This document shows, in pieces, positions 9,269 through 17,825 of a DNA stretch of 64,000 nt. The notes beneath the pieces were generated by a model. It had not been told where the DNA came from. It worked only from the letters and a program-made list of their open reading frames with translations, and searched no databases. The stretch is from the IMG/VR virus record IMGVR_UViG_3300014137_000003; one strand, 5' to 3'. This DNA is from a virus. Within the stretch, counting starts at the first letter, position 1. Each line of letters opens with the position of its first letter. The position numbers and the translations under genes were made by a program.

Positions 9269-9696
9269 TAATAGCAGTCCTAGTAACGTTGGTTTCAGCT
9301 TTAGGGTTGTTTCTTTACAGAGCTTATTCCGCAGCAGATTACTTTATATTTGCTGAACGCAATCAAAATACCAGTGTAGTTAAGTCCTTAGAAACCTTGG
9401 AATCTCGTAAGATTATTGTTCTTTACAAAAGGCACTGTAAGGTATGTAAGGCATGGGACGAAGAGGTAACTTCAACCTTAGAGCCTTATGATGCTTCTTA
9501 CTTGGATATGGAAGACGGTATTCCAGAAAATGTTTCTACTGTCTTAAGTACTCTGCATCAGGATGTGCATACACCTCTTGTCTTAGTGGTAAGTAGGGTA
9601 GGGGGTAGCTACCTTGTACAGTATAGTCGTACAGTTGATAGTAAGGACTCTTTAGAAGACTTGAAGAATTATCTAAGAAGTAATTTCACTTCTTAG
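9247..9696 (+). CDS. membrane-anchored thioredoxin-like protein (CxxC)
   Basis: N-terminal TM helix, then VLYKRHCKVCKAWD (a CxxC motif in a thioredoxin-like context). Confidence 0.55.
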   Translation: MSTKRKLVIAVLVTLVSALGLFLYRAYSAADYFIFAERNQNTSVVKSLETLESRKIIVLYKRHCKVCKAWDEEVTSTLEPYDASYLDMEDGIPENVSTVLSTLHQDVHTPLVLVVSRVGGSYLVQYSRTVDSKDSLEDLKNYLRSNFTS

Positions 9697-9727
9697 GTTT
9701 TTCTTATTTATAGGGGTATAAATCAGT

Positions 9728-9756
9728 TTGTAACTATCTTAAGAGTTTGGTAGAAT
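9728..9756 (+). promoter_or_regulatory. strong sigma-A-type promoter (TTGTAA-N14-TGG-TAGAAT)
   Basis: GTTTGTAACTATCTTAAGAGTTTGGTAGAAT. Nearly identical 30-nt copies occur at 15546 and 16962. Confidence 0.7.
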
Positions 9757-9785
9757 ATATTTATAGAAATTGGAGGTATATATTT

Positions 9786-10238
9786 ATGGGTTATAGTATT
9801 TTCTCTCATAAAAGTGAGTTGCTTGGACGTTCTGAGTTTACCTTAGCATATCTAAAGGATATCAATAATAAACTAAGTAACTTAAATGCTGATGGATGTG
9901 TCATTCAAAATGTAGAGTATGATAATGATGGTCGTTTTCTAATTCAGTATTTAACCCGTGACTCTGCAGAAGTTCTTAAAACAGTTGCGGAACATGAAGA
10001 AAAGGAACAAGCAATCATTAATTCTTTGGTTCGAGATTGCTCTAAAGCTTTGACTAATACTGTTTCTGAAGATGTTTATTGCAAAGTAGTAAACTATGGC
10101 AGTGGAGAAGTTTCAAAAGAGCTTTCTTCTAGCTTTTTCAAACGTTGGTATCGAGATATCCAAAGCATTAGCCGTGCTGACGGGTGCTTTGAGGTAGAGT
10201 TGGAGAATGGTGAAAAGTACGCTCTATCACGTTTGTAG
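9786..10238 (+). CDS. hypothetical protein
   Basis: The start is moved to the ATG at 9786 (GGAGG SD). The track start at 9747 lies inside the promoter. Confidence 0.6.
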   Translation: MGYSIFSHKSELLGRSEFTLAYLKDINNKLSNLNADGCVIQNVEYDNDGRFLIQYLTRDSAEVLKTVAEHEEKEQAIINSLVRDCSKALTNTVSEDVYCKVVNYGSGEVSKELSSSFFKRWYRDIQSISRADGCFEVELENGEKYALSRL

Positions 10239-10294
10239 TCTTAAGATATTATTTTAGGTAAGACCATTTATATTTTAATATGTGGTTAGTTTCG

Positions 10295-10384
10295 TTCACC
10301 GTAGCTCTTTTTAGGGTGAATTGGTGCTCTTTGCTCCTATTTAGGGGTTTAGGGCTTATGCAGGTTCGAGTCCCGTCGGTGGCG
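10295..10384 (+). pseudogene. degenerate tRNA-like element
   Basis: It has a T-arm (GCAGG TTCGAGT CCCGT, one A/C mismatch) and 6 of 7 acceptor pairs (TTCACCG/CGGTGGC). I could not fold a D-arm or a 7-nt anticodon loop. Confidence 0.25.
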
Positions 10385-10568
10385 TAGACTGTTAGGGTTT
10401 TACGGTCTTTAGGTCTTAGGGGGTAACCCGTTATAGTTTACCTTTTTCATATTGTTCCATAATAGACGAATATTTTGCCACTCTAAGACGGCTTTTCCTT
10501 GCTAGGTTTGAGGGGGTTGGATTCCCTCTAAGAGCTTTATAAATTTTTAAATAAAGGTGTTTGGTTTT

Positions 10569-10811
10569 ATGATCCGTGGTAGTTATGCGTGTGTAAAGTA
10601 CGCAAGAAATGTATCAAAAAGTAATTTCACTGCATTAGATTTAGTTCAGGAATGTAATGACAATTCTCTATGGGGTATCTCTTTAGAGGATTTATACTTG
10701 CAAACTGGTATCCTAGTTCCAAGGCTTAAGAAGTTTTTCAACTACTTGGCTATACCTAATGAGAAAGAGTTCTCATCTTTGCTTTCTGTTCGTAATCGTT
10801 ATGTTAGCTAA
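10569..10811 (+). CDS. hypothetical protein
   Basis: 80-aa ORF with a weak SD. The start is uncertain (10557 GTG or 10569 ATG). Confidence 0.4.
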   Translation: MIRGSYACVKYARNVSKSNFTALDLVQECNDNSLWGISLEDLYLQTGILVPRLKKFFNYLAIPNEKEFSSLLSVRNRYVS

Positions 10812-10856
10812 TCTATTGGTTATTAGGTTAGCTTTAATTGTATATAGGAGTTTTAA

Positions 10857-11522
10857 ATGCATAAAGAAAAGAAAATCCAGTACTCAAATTATAAGTATAG
10901 AGCTTATAAAAAGTTGAATAAGTTGTTCCTAGATAAACTTAAACAGCTTGGTATTACAGGGACTGAATCTGTTCTTCTAGATTTCCAGATAGAGTACTAT
11001 ATACCCAGTAATAGATATCGTGTTGTAGTATTTTATGGAGAAAGGGGTATTATTTGTACAATACCTTATACGGACTCCGATGAATATACAATTAGTATAG
11101 AAATAGGTAGAGGGGGATGTTGTTATGTAGGAAATAACTTCTCTAATAAAATGGAATCTTATCTAAAGGAGTTAATCAAATATAAGTTGCCAGATACTGT
11201 TGAGATTGTTAGGTTTTATGCAAATAACAATCAGATTTCTTATAGTTATATGACTAGGAGCTATATAGAACTTGAAAGAGGTAGGTCGGGGTATCCAGAA
11301 AAAGATAAGCCGAAACACTTAAAGCACGATTTTTCTAGTAAAATGGTCTCTTACCTAAAACAGCTACTAAAATATAAACTGCAAGAAAATGTTGAATATT
11401 TCTATTTTTATGCAGATTATTTTCGTATTGACTATAATAGTAAAGATAAAAACTGTGAGATTATTGAAAATGCTAGGTCAGGTCAACCAGAGAAAGGTGG
11501 GTTTAGCTTTTATATGGGGTAG
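10857..11522 (+). CDS. paralog-family protein (KxYxxYKxEAYxxL N-terminus, duplicated C-domain)
   Basis: N-terminus KIQYSNYKYRAYKKLNKL. An internal repeat (KMESYLKELIKYKLPDTVE / KMVSYLKQLLKYKLQENVE) ends each time in RSGYPEK / RSGQPEK. Confidence 0.7.
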   Translation: MHKEKKIQYSNYKYRAYKKLNKLFLDKLKQLGITGTESVLLDFQIEYYIPSNRYRVVVFYGERGIICTIPYTDSDEYTISIEIGRGGCCYVGNNFSNKMESYLKELIKYKLPDTVEIVRFYANNNQISYSYMTRSYIELERGRSGYPEKDKPKHLKHDFSSKMVSYLKQLLKYKLQENVEYFYFYADYFRIDYNSKDKNCEIIENARSGQPEKGGFSFYMG

Positions 11523-11534
11523 AAAGGTGTTCAG

Positions 11535-12005
11535 ATGAGTAATGTAAGGAAAATAAAATATTCAGATTATAAGTACGAAGCTTACAAACGTTTGAATAAG
11601 TTGGTTTTAGAACAGATGGAAGAAATTGTCACATCTAGGCTTCCAAAGGGGTATGTTGTAACGAGCCCTAATAATTTAGAATTTCAAATTCAGTATGATG
11701 TACCAGAAAATAGATATCGTATTGAAGGGTTCTATGAAAGATATCCAATTTGTTCACTATTTTGTATTGATGAACCTAGTTCATTCCATGCAGTAATGAA
11801 GTTTCCTAACTATCCTAAAGTAGGTGACGACTTCTTTGAGAAGATATTATCCCCTATAAAGAAGTTAATGAATTATAGCTTACAAGAGAATGTTGCATCT
11901 GTTAAGCTCTATGTAGATGACAGTCAGATTTATTATAGTCGCCTAAATAGTAGGGGTAGAGTTATAGAGTCAGGTAACTCAGGCTATTATAAGAGGGGTA
12001 ACTAA
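11535..12005 (+). CDS. paralog-family protein
   Basis: KIKYSDYKYEAYKRLNKL and IKKLMNYSLQENV..GNSGYYK parallel the sequence of 10857-11522. Confidence 0.7.
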   Translation: MSNVRKIKYSDYKYEAYKRLNKLVLEQMEEIVTSRLPKGYVVTSPNNLEFQIQYDVPENRYRIEGFYERYPICSLFCIDEPSSFHAVMKFPNYPKVGDDFFEKILSPIKKLMNYSLQENVASVKLYVDDSQIYYSRLNSRGRVIESGNSGYYKRGN

Positions 12006-12934
12006 TGCCATATAATGGGAAAATTACAAAAAGTATTTTAAGACCTTACTATCACAAGGCACTTGAGTACAAAGTTATTAAGGGTATCGCCCTTAAAGTT
12101 CTAGAAGAAAGTGACTTTTTTGATAAGACTGGTTTATCACCTGACAAGATTAGAATTTCTTTTGGTGACGATGGCACTTTTCCTAAATGGGAGACTCCAG
12201 TATTTGTTAATGGAGTTTGCGTATTTAGATTTAATGGACCTAGTATTGAAAGTTCAGGGCAATATAAGTTCCGTAGATGTCTTACAGACGAGGAGTTCTA
12301 TAAGTTTAGCGATAACTTAAAATTCCTTTTCATGGGTTCTAACACTAACACAATCCCTAAAGAGTTAGGTGGGGTGGTTAGTTATTGGGAAGTCACGGAA
12401 AGCTACTGTGAGTTTGTCGTTGAGGAGACTAGGTTCTTAAACAAAGATTGGGGTACTGAATTCCCCAACGTTTACGAGAAAGAACTTCCAAAGTATAAAA
12501 AGGAAGCTTTTGGGAAAATTGAAAAGGTAGTTAATGGTTTAATTACTAAGGCAGGTTTCACTCCTAGTAATAATCCTTACTATATGAACGGTAAGTTTAA
12601 GACGATTTTACGATATACCGACCCCAGCAATCAAAACAATAGTGGAAGTACTCGTAGTTTTGTTGTTTCTCTTGGGGTTGAGCAGTGCCTTGTCGTAAAT
12701 GGTAGGAGTGTCTATTGTGTAAATGGTTTTAAGTGCAACTTATCTGAGAAAGAGTACCGTACAATCTACAAGAACATAGAAATTCTACATAGGTTTGCAG
12801 GAGAGAAGGGTACTACAATAGAGTCCAAGATAGGTAAAATCACTAATTACTATCTTAGCAGTGATAAGACTAAGTTTACTGGTACTTTTGGTCATTACTT
12901 GGAGAGAGGCAGAGAGTACAAAGAAGTTAAATAG
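12005..12934 (+). CDS. paralog-family protein (two fused units)
   Basis: RPYYHKALEYKVIKGIALKVLEE at the N-terminus and a second unit starting with LPKYKKEAFGKIEKVV. Confidence 0.7.
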   Translation: MPYNGKITKSILRPYYHKALEYKVIKGIALKVLEESDFFDKTGLSPDKIRISFGDDGTFPKWETPVFVNGVCVFRFNGPSIESSGQYKFRRCLTDEEFYKFSDNLKFLFMGSNTNTIPKELGGVVSYWEVTESYCEFVVEETRFLNKDWGTEFPNVYEKELPKYKKEAFGKIEKVVNGLITKAGFTPSNNPYYMNGKFKTILRYTDPSNQNNSGSTRSFVVSLGVEQCLVVNGRSVYCVNGFKCNLSEKEYRTIYKNIEILHRFAGEKGTTIESKIGKITNYYLSSDKTKFTGTFGHYLERGREYKEVK

Positions 12935-12944
12935 GGGGTATCTA

Positions 12945-13472
12945 ATGACAAAAACAACTATTAAACCTTATCACTCTTACAAAAGAGAGGCTTATCAAGA
13001 GTTAGTTCGGTTCTTAACACCTCTCCTTGAAAGGGTTTCTCCTTTATACGAGTCTGTTAAGTTGGTAAATGGGGGAGAGTATAGTCTTAGGTTTAGCTTA
13101 ACAACCAAGTTTCAAAAAGATTTCTCACCTAGGCTCTTGAATGTTACTATAACAGGTTCCAGACGCTCTGCCCAGCTGCTTCAGATTTTATTAGATTCTG
13201 AGGAATGGGTTGTATTAGTAAACTCAGGAAACGGTCAAAGACCTAATAAGGTTAAACTAACTGCGTCAGAGTTCTCGTTTATACTTAAGAGGTTCTACGA
13301 GTTGGCTAGAGTGGGAGAAGTAATCCCTAAGACTTTGCATAGCTTTGTAGCTAACTGTTATTCTTCTCAGGTATCTTACTTTAATAGCGATACTACATTA
13401 TCCGTGGTAGCTTATGCGAGTGAAGGGGACTTAGCCTACTACGGGGGTATCAGCCCTTATGTCTTAAAATAG
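12945..13472 (+). CDS. paralog-family protein
   Basis: The start is moved to the ATG at 12945 after an AGGGGGTA SD. N-terminus TIKPYHSYKREAYQELVRFL. Confidence 0.7.
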   Translation: MTKTTIKPYHSYKREAYQELVRFLTPLLERVSPLYESVKLVNGGEYSLRFSLTTKFQKDFSPRLLNVTITGSRRSAQLLQILLDSEEWVVLVNSGNGQRPNKVKLTASEFSFILKRFYELARVGEVIPKTLHSFVANCYSSQVSYFNSDTTLSVVAYASEGDLAYYGGISPYVLK

Positions 13473-13505
13473 GGGGTTGGTAGTTTATAAAGAAAGGAGC
13501 AAATA

Positions 13506-13616
13506 GTGGAAAATTTAAAGCAACGATTTGAATCAGAGGCGTTCAAAGATGATTTTAAATTCTATACAATTTTTATCGTAGTTGCAACAATCTTAGTCCC
13601 TTGCCATTATCTATAG
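13506..13616 (+). CDS. small hydrophobic peptide (36 aa)
   Basis: GTG start 7 nt after AGGAG. It contains a C-terminal TM-like segment (FYTIFIVVATILV). It is too short for the ORF track. Confidence 0.35.
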   Translation: MENLKQRFESEAFKDDFKFYTIFIVVATILVPCHYL

Positions 13617-13664
13617 TGGGTATCTAACTGATTTGTTGCATTCAGTTTCAGGAGAAACTACAGT

Positions 13665-13811
13665 ATGGAAGTAGATGATGATTTGACTGTTAAGGAGATA
13701 TTTATGAAAGAGAACAACCTCGGATTTAAACTTGCAATGACAGCTTGGGTATCAGTAAGCGTTCTGATGACTTTAGGATTTATTGTAAACATTGTGTTTG
13801 CAATTAGGTAA
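13665..13811 (+). CDS. small membrane peptide
   Basis: AGGAG SDs precede both in-frame ATGs (13665 and 13704). TM segment AWVSVSVLMTLGFIVNIVFAI. Confidence 0.35.
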   Translation: MEVDDDLTVKEIFMKENNLGFKLAMTAWVSVSVLMTLGFIVNIVFAIR

Positions 13812-13820
13812 GGAGCTTAA

Positions 13821-13943
13821 ATGACTGAATATAATAAGTTAGCGAAAGAATGTTTGAATAAGTACCCAAATCGAAAAATTAACGTATTTATGAATCCCAA
13901 CATAGTTGGGAGTGTGAATTGGCTTGGGATATTTGATGATTAG
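13821..13943 (+). CDS. small hypothetical protein (40 aa)
   Basis: ATG 5 nt after AGGAG. Confidence 0.35.
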   Translation: MTEYNKLAKECLNKYPNRKINVFMNPNIVGSVNWLGIFDD

Positions 13944-13960
13944 GATTAGAAAGGATTTAT

Positions 13961-14407
13961 ATGTCAACTAAAACAAAACCGTACTTCAAGTACAAACAAC
14001 AAGCCGTTCAAAGTATTTTAGATTTAGCGTGGAAACTTCTAACAGAGGCGAATGTTCCAAAACAATATCCAAACATTGTTAGGGAAGAACTGGAAGTGTA
14101 CCATGAGAGAGGTGAAATGAATGCTGATGAACTTGAAATTAGCTGGCGTGGTCATACGTTATTGGTTATCAGTACTGCTTCAGGTGAAGTGAAGTCGTCA
14201 AGTAACTTGAATATTCGTAATACAATCACCAAAGAAGAGTGGCTTATCTTATTCAAAGCTGAAAAAGATATTTTCAGATACGGTGAAGGCATAAGTATTG
14301 CTTGGTACTTCAAGTGTGCCGTTGAAGAATGGTATGGAAATGAAAATGAATTAGCTTTCAGAGCAGGCTCACGTTGGTTACGATATGCGAAAGCGAAGGG
14401 GATCTAA
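13961..14407 (+). CDS. paralog-family protein
   Basis: N-terminus KTKPYFKYKQQAVQSILDLAWKLLTE. Confidence 0.7.
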   Translation: MSTKTKPYFKYKQQAVQSILDLAWKLLTEANVPKQYPNIVREELEVYHERGEMNADELEISWRGHTLLVISTASGEVKSSSNLNIRNTITKEEWLILFKAEKDIFRYGEGISIAWYFKCAVEEWYGNENELAFRAGSRWLRYAKAKGI

Positions 14408-14422
14408 GTCAAATGGGTAATT

Positions 14423-14869
14423 ATGAAAGAAGAAACAAAGAAACAAGCGTCTAAAAGAGCAAACTACTGGAGATATAGATTGTATAAATTCCAAGAGCTC
14501 CACCCTGTATTAAGTAAGCGTGAAGATTCTAAAATGGAGTTCACAGACGTCTCTAAGATGCTAGCTCTAGGGGTATCTATTGAGATTGGAACTTATAATG
14601 CCATTTATTCTTGGTCAAGCGTCAAATCTAACGAGATGTATAACAAAGTAACCGTTAAACAAGAAGGGGTATCAAACCCTTACATTTTAATCTTTATCGG
14701 TGAACCTTATGAAGACCAAAGTAAGTCTTTCCTATTTGACAATAAAGACGAAGCAACTCAATGGTTACTAAAGCGTATGCATAGTTGGTGCAAAAGGAAG
14801 CCAACATTTACTGACCCTTTTACTGATGCTATGAAGATGTGTCTAGCAATGGTTCAAAATCTAGCTTGA
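14423..14869 (+). CDS. hypothetical protein
   Basis: 148-aa ORF. Confidence 0.6.
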   Translation: MKEETKKQASKRANYWRYRLYKFQELHPVLSKREDSKMEFTDVSKMLALGVSIEIGTYNAIYSWSSVKSNEMYNKVTVKQEGVSNPYILIFIGEPYEDQSKSFLFDNKDEATQWLLKRMHSWCKRKPTFTDPFTDAMKMCLAMVQNLA

Positions 14870-14895
14870 ATTAAGTTGTTTTTAGTAGGGTAGTA

Positions 14896-14904
14896 TGTTA
14901 AAAT
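14896..14904 (+). promoter_or_regulatory. extended -10 promoter (TGTTAAAAT)
   Basis: Lies in the gap upstream of 15002. Confidence 0.45.
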
Positions 14905-15001
14905 AATATTATTAGGTTAGAAAATCTTCTAACTTAAAATAACTTTTCTTCAGGTGTGCTTTAAGCACCTTGAAGTAGATTTCTTATAATGGAGGATTTC
15001 A

Positions 15002-15460
15002 ATGAAAATCAAAAGCATGTCGAAACGTATTCTTTCAACTGTAGCTTTGGGGGTATTAACTGTCTCAGCTCTCTCAGTAGTTGAATCTGTTAAAGCGGAT
15101 GTTTACTATAATCCGAGCACCTCTTATAACCGTTACGGTGTGGGTGGCGATAATAACGATTACATCGAAAACACCACAGTTGATGGTAATCACCTAAGCT
15201 ACAACACTAACTTTGAACTGTTCAACTTCAAATGGGAGTACAAACGTAGTGATGGTAGCATCGTTCGTTATTGGGAAGCTAAGAAAGACGCATCAGTTAT
15301 TCAAGATGAGTCACGATACTCTTTAAATAACATCAATCGTCGTGTTTACGACTTTGACTCTTATGGGTATCAGCTACCTGAAGGAACTGACTTCTCAGCT
15401 AAAACCTTTATCGGTGAGCAAAATGTAGATGCCCACACGGTTTATCGTTATTGGAAGTAA
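15002..15460 (+). CDS. secreted protein
   Basis: Signal peptide MKIKSMSKRILSTVALGVLTVSALSVVESVKA. GGAGGA SD. Confidence 0.7.
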   Translation: MKIKSMSKRILSTVALGVLTVSALSVVESVKADVYYNPSTSYNRYGVGGDNNDYIENTTVDGNHLSYNTNFELFNFKWEYKRSDGSIVRYWEAKKDASVIQDESRYSLNNINRRVYDFDSYGYQLPEGTDFSAKTFIGEQNVDAHTVYRYWK

Positions 15461-15502
15461 AACAAATTAGTTGTCTGTATTAACATCGAAAAGGTGTTCT
15501 TG

Positions 15503-15531
15503 GTAGTTAGGGTAGAACCTAACTATCTTTT
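15503..15531 (+). terminator. hairpin terminator
   Basis: TAGTTAGG / CCTAACTA 8-bp stem followed by TCTTTT. Confidence 0.5.
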
Positions 15532-15545
15532 GTGCTTTAAGGAGT

Positions 15546-15574
15546 TTGTAACTATCTTAAGACTTTGGTAAAAT
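15546..15574 (+). promoter_or_regulatory. strong promoter (TTGTAA-N14-TGG-TAAAAT)
   Basis: Second copy of the GTTTGTAACTATCTTAAGA.TTTGGTA box. It drives tRNA-Arg and the downstream genes. Confidence 0.7.
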
Positions 15575-15641
15575 AGTTATATAAGTTAGTTCGGTAATAC
15601 TAACTTATAACTCCTTCCCTTGGGGGTATTTACCCCTTTTA

Positions 15642-15713
15642 GCACCCTTGGTCTAATGGATATGACAGAGGACTTCTAATCCTTTAATACTGGTTCGATT
15701 CCAGTAGGGTGTA
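15642..15713 (+). tRNA. tRNA-Arg (anticodon TCT)
   Basis: Hand-folded cloverleaf with acceptor GCACCCT/AGGGTGT (G1:U72), anticodon arm GAGGA-CTTCTAA-TCCTT and T-arm CTGG-TTCGATT-CCAG. Confidence 0.8.
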
Positions 15714-15741
15714 TAGTTATAAAACTAAGGAGAAACAATCT

Positions 15742-16134
15742 ATGAGCAATTTACAACAAGGAGTACCAAAAACAAAGAAGGGTTATCTCTTATTTTCTAG
15801 ACCAAGTGAAGACTTTGGTATGTCAGCTAGTGTACCTCTTATTTATTATGGTAGTGTAGTTTCTCAGGCGAATGGTCAACCGATTGTTGGTATGTCGAGA
15901 AGTCCAATTGTCATTAAATCTAAGAAGGCTTTAGAAGACACAATTGAACTGTTACAGGGGAGTGGTTTGCTATCTCTATATTCGTATCTTACTGTAAGTG
16001 AGGTTCTGTATCAAAGAGTTTACTTCCCAAAGGTAAATAAATTCGGTAAACCTAAAGAAATGCTAGGTGATCGATTGATTGAGGTGCTTTCTGAAACACG
16101 TTTAGACAAACCACTTCCGAATTGGAAATTTTAA
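15742..16134 (+). CDS. hypothetical protein
   Basis: The start is moved to the internal ATG after AAGGAG. The track start at 15709 overlaps the tRNA. Confidence 0.6.
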   Translation: MSNLQQGVPKTKKGYLLFSRPSEDFGMSASVPLIYYGSVVSQANGQPIVGMSRSPIVIKSKKALEDTIELLQGSGLLSLYSYLTVSEVLYQRVYFPKVNKFGKPKEMLGDRLIEVLSETRLDKPLPNWKF

Positions 16135-16160
16135 GGGTTTGTAGGATAGAGGGATAACTC

Positions 16161-16454
16161 ATGACAGAAAATATTAAATTATTATCTATAGAACAAAGCC
16201 AAGCTATTAAGATGCTTGAGTCTGAAGAACTAGCTAAGCAGATTGAGACTTCTGAGCTATTATCTGCTGAGAATTACTTTTCAGCTTTCTCTTGGTATTG
16301 CGAAGAGTGTGGTGAACATAATGAGAGCGACCTTCGTTCAGGTTGTGAGATTGAGTGTGAGCACTGTGGTACTTACTGTCCAGATGTAGATGATGACACT
16401 TATAAACTAGCCGAGTTGGTTTATTCTCAGCTAGTTAAGCGTGGGGAGTATTAA
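16161..16454 (+). CDS. zinc-ribbon protein
   Basis: CEECGEH...CEIECEHCGTYC cysteine pairs. Confidence 0.6.
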   Translation: MTENIKLLSIEQSQAIKMLESEELAKQIETSELLSAENYFSAFSWYCEECGEHNESDLRSGCEIECEHCGTYCPDVDDDTYKLAELVYSQLVKRGEY

Positions 16455-16467
16455 AGGGGTATGTTAA

Positions 16468-16887
16468 ATGACAGATAGAGTAGTAAAACCTTACTATAGG
16501 TATAAACAAGAAGCTTATGGTAAACTTAGGGAATTAGCAGTTCGCTTACTTAAGGAGTCGGACTATTATATCAGGTCTGGGAATTCGGAAGATACTCCTA
16601 TTACCGTAGGTAGTAACCTGAAAGATTGGGTAAATGGAACGGTAAACTTTTACATTAAAGACCAGTGGGTATTATCTATTGTTGGTACTAAGGTTTCAGG
16701 TTTGGCTAGTTGCAGTCCGAGAGGTTCTTTAACTCTCTTGGAAGTCAAGGTTCTTAAAAATAACGTAGAGAAGTTATTCCGTCATGTCTCTAGCACTTTG
16801 GGAGCCCCTATCGTCCAGTGGATGGTTACTGAGGATTATTGTAAGTTTATCTCTAGTAACGGTACACGTTACATCAATAAGGGTTAG
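16468..16887 (+). CDS. paralog-family protein
   Basis: N-terminus VVKPYYRYKQEAYGKLRELAVRLLKE. Confidence 0.7.
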   Translation: MTDRVVKPYYRYKQEAYGKLRELAVRLLKESDYYIRSGNSEDTPITVGSNLKDWVNGTVNFYIKDQWVLSIVGTKVSGLASCSPRGSLTLLEVKVLKNNVEKLFRHVSSTLGAPIVQWMVTEDYCKFISSNGTRYINKG

Positions 16888-16915
16888 ACTAAGTCTTTCC
16901 TTTATCTTTAAAAGT

Positions 16916-16947
16916 ACACAACTGGGTTTCCTCTTAGTTGTGTTTTC
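16916..16947 (+). terminator. rho-independent terminator
   Basis: ACACAACT / AGTTGTGT 8-bp stem followed by TTTT. Confidence 0.65.
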
Positions 16948-16961
16948 TCCTTTAATTGAGT

Positions 16962-16990
16962 TTGTAACTATACTAAGAGTTTGGTAAACT
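16962..16990 (+). promoter_or_regulatory. strong promoter (TTGTAA-N14-TGG-TAAACT)
   Basis: Third copy of the 30-nt promoter box, followed by ATTAGTAT. Confidence 0.7.
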
Positions 16991-17020
16991 ATTAGTATGG
17001 GTTATCTCGTGGGGTATTTT

Positions 17021-17416
17021 ATGAACAATTTCAACGTAAGTTTACTAGCTAATATCAGTTCCCAAAAGGGTACTAATTGTAATGTTATGGCTGATATTTT
17101 CAAATTCATGCTAGTAAAGGAAGGAAGTTATTTGGATGAGCTTATCTCTGTATCTTTCGTACCTATTCATGGGGTAAGTCTAGTAAATCAGCCATGCTAC
17201 AGAAAAGGTGAATATTTATATTCCCTTATAGTTACTGGTACAGCTAGTAGTTCTACTGCCCTTAAGTTAGGGAAAATTTTAGTTAAAGTACTAGATGATT
17301 TTACGGAAAAATATGGTACTTGTTACTTCTTGTATAGTATGTTTGTTGAGAGGGAAGACAAAAAAGATTTATGCGTTCAATCTAGTCAAGAAAGGGTATT
17401 TTATGACAAACACTAA
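17021..17416 (+). CDS. hypothetical protein
   Basis: The start is set at the ATG at 17021 after a GGGGTA SD. The ATG at 16997 falls at the predicted transcription start. Confidence 0.55.
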   Translation: MNNFNVSLLANISSQKGTNCNVMADIFKFMLVKEGSYLDELISVSFVPIHGVSLVNQPCYRKGEYLYSLIVTGTASSSTALKLGKILVKVLDDFTEKYGTCYFLYSMFVEREDKKDLCVQSSQERVFYDKH

Positions 17417-17519
17417 CCTAATTACTAAATACATCAAACAGGATGGTTCAATTATTCATGTTATGAATACACTTCTCGCAGAGGTCTGTCTTACTGAACG
17501 AGAATTGGAGATGGTATAA
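17403..17519 (+). CDS. small protein (38 aa), N-terminal paralog of 17519-17815
   Basis: It shares KY.K.DG..I and L.AEVC motifs with the next gene. Confidence 0.35.
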   Translation: MTNTNLITKYIKQDGSIIHVMNTLLAEVCLTERELEMV

Positions 17520-17815
17520 TGGCTAAATATACGAAATATGACGGAACTCCTATTGAGGTAGATGCTCAGACCGAGTTGGTATATACTCGTTGGATTTCTC
17601 TTATCGGTGAGTTTGCTCGTTTTAGGAATTCAGGTAGGTTTCCTTTTTGGTCTGATGGGGTATATCTTCGCAAGAGCGATTTTCCTAGCTCTAATGCAGG
17701 GTTTAAACGTTTCTTGAAGTACACAATGCCACGCCATTATGATATTTACTGTACTGAGAAGTATAAAGTTACACCTATGAGTCAGCTTATTGCTGAGGTT
17801 TGTAGGAACGCTTAG
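17519..17815 (+). CDS. hypothetical protein
   Basis: 98-aa ORF whose ATG overlaps the upstream stop. Confidence 0.6.
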   Translation: MAKYTKYDGTPIEVDAQTELVYTRWISLIGEFARFRNSGRFPFWSDGVYLRKSDFPSSNAGFKRFLKYTMPRHYDIYCTEKYKVTPMSQLIAEVCRNA

Positions 17816-17825
17816 GGGGTATAAG

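Noticed and set aside
10490-10545. T-arm-like hairpin GGGGG-TTGGATT-CCCTC, considered as a tRNA.
   Set aside because: The loop lacks the invariant C56, and I could not find acceptor, D or anticodon pairings.
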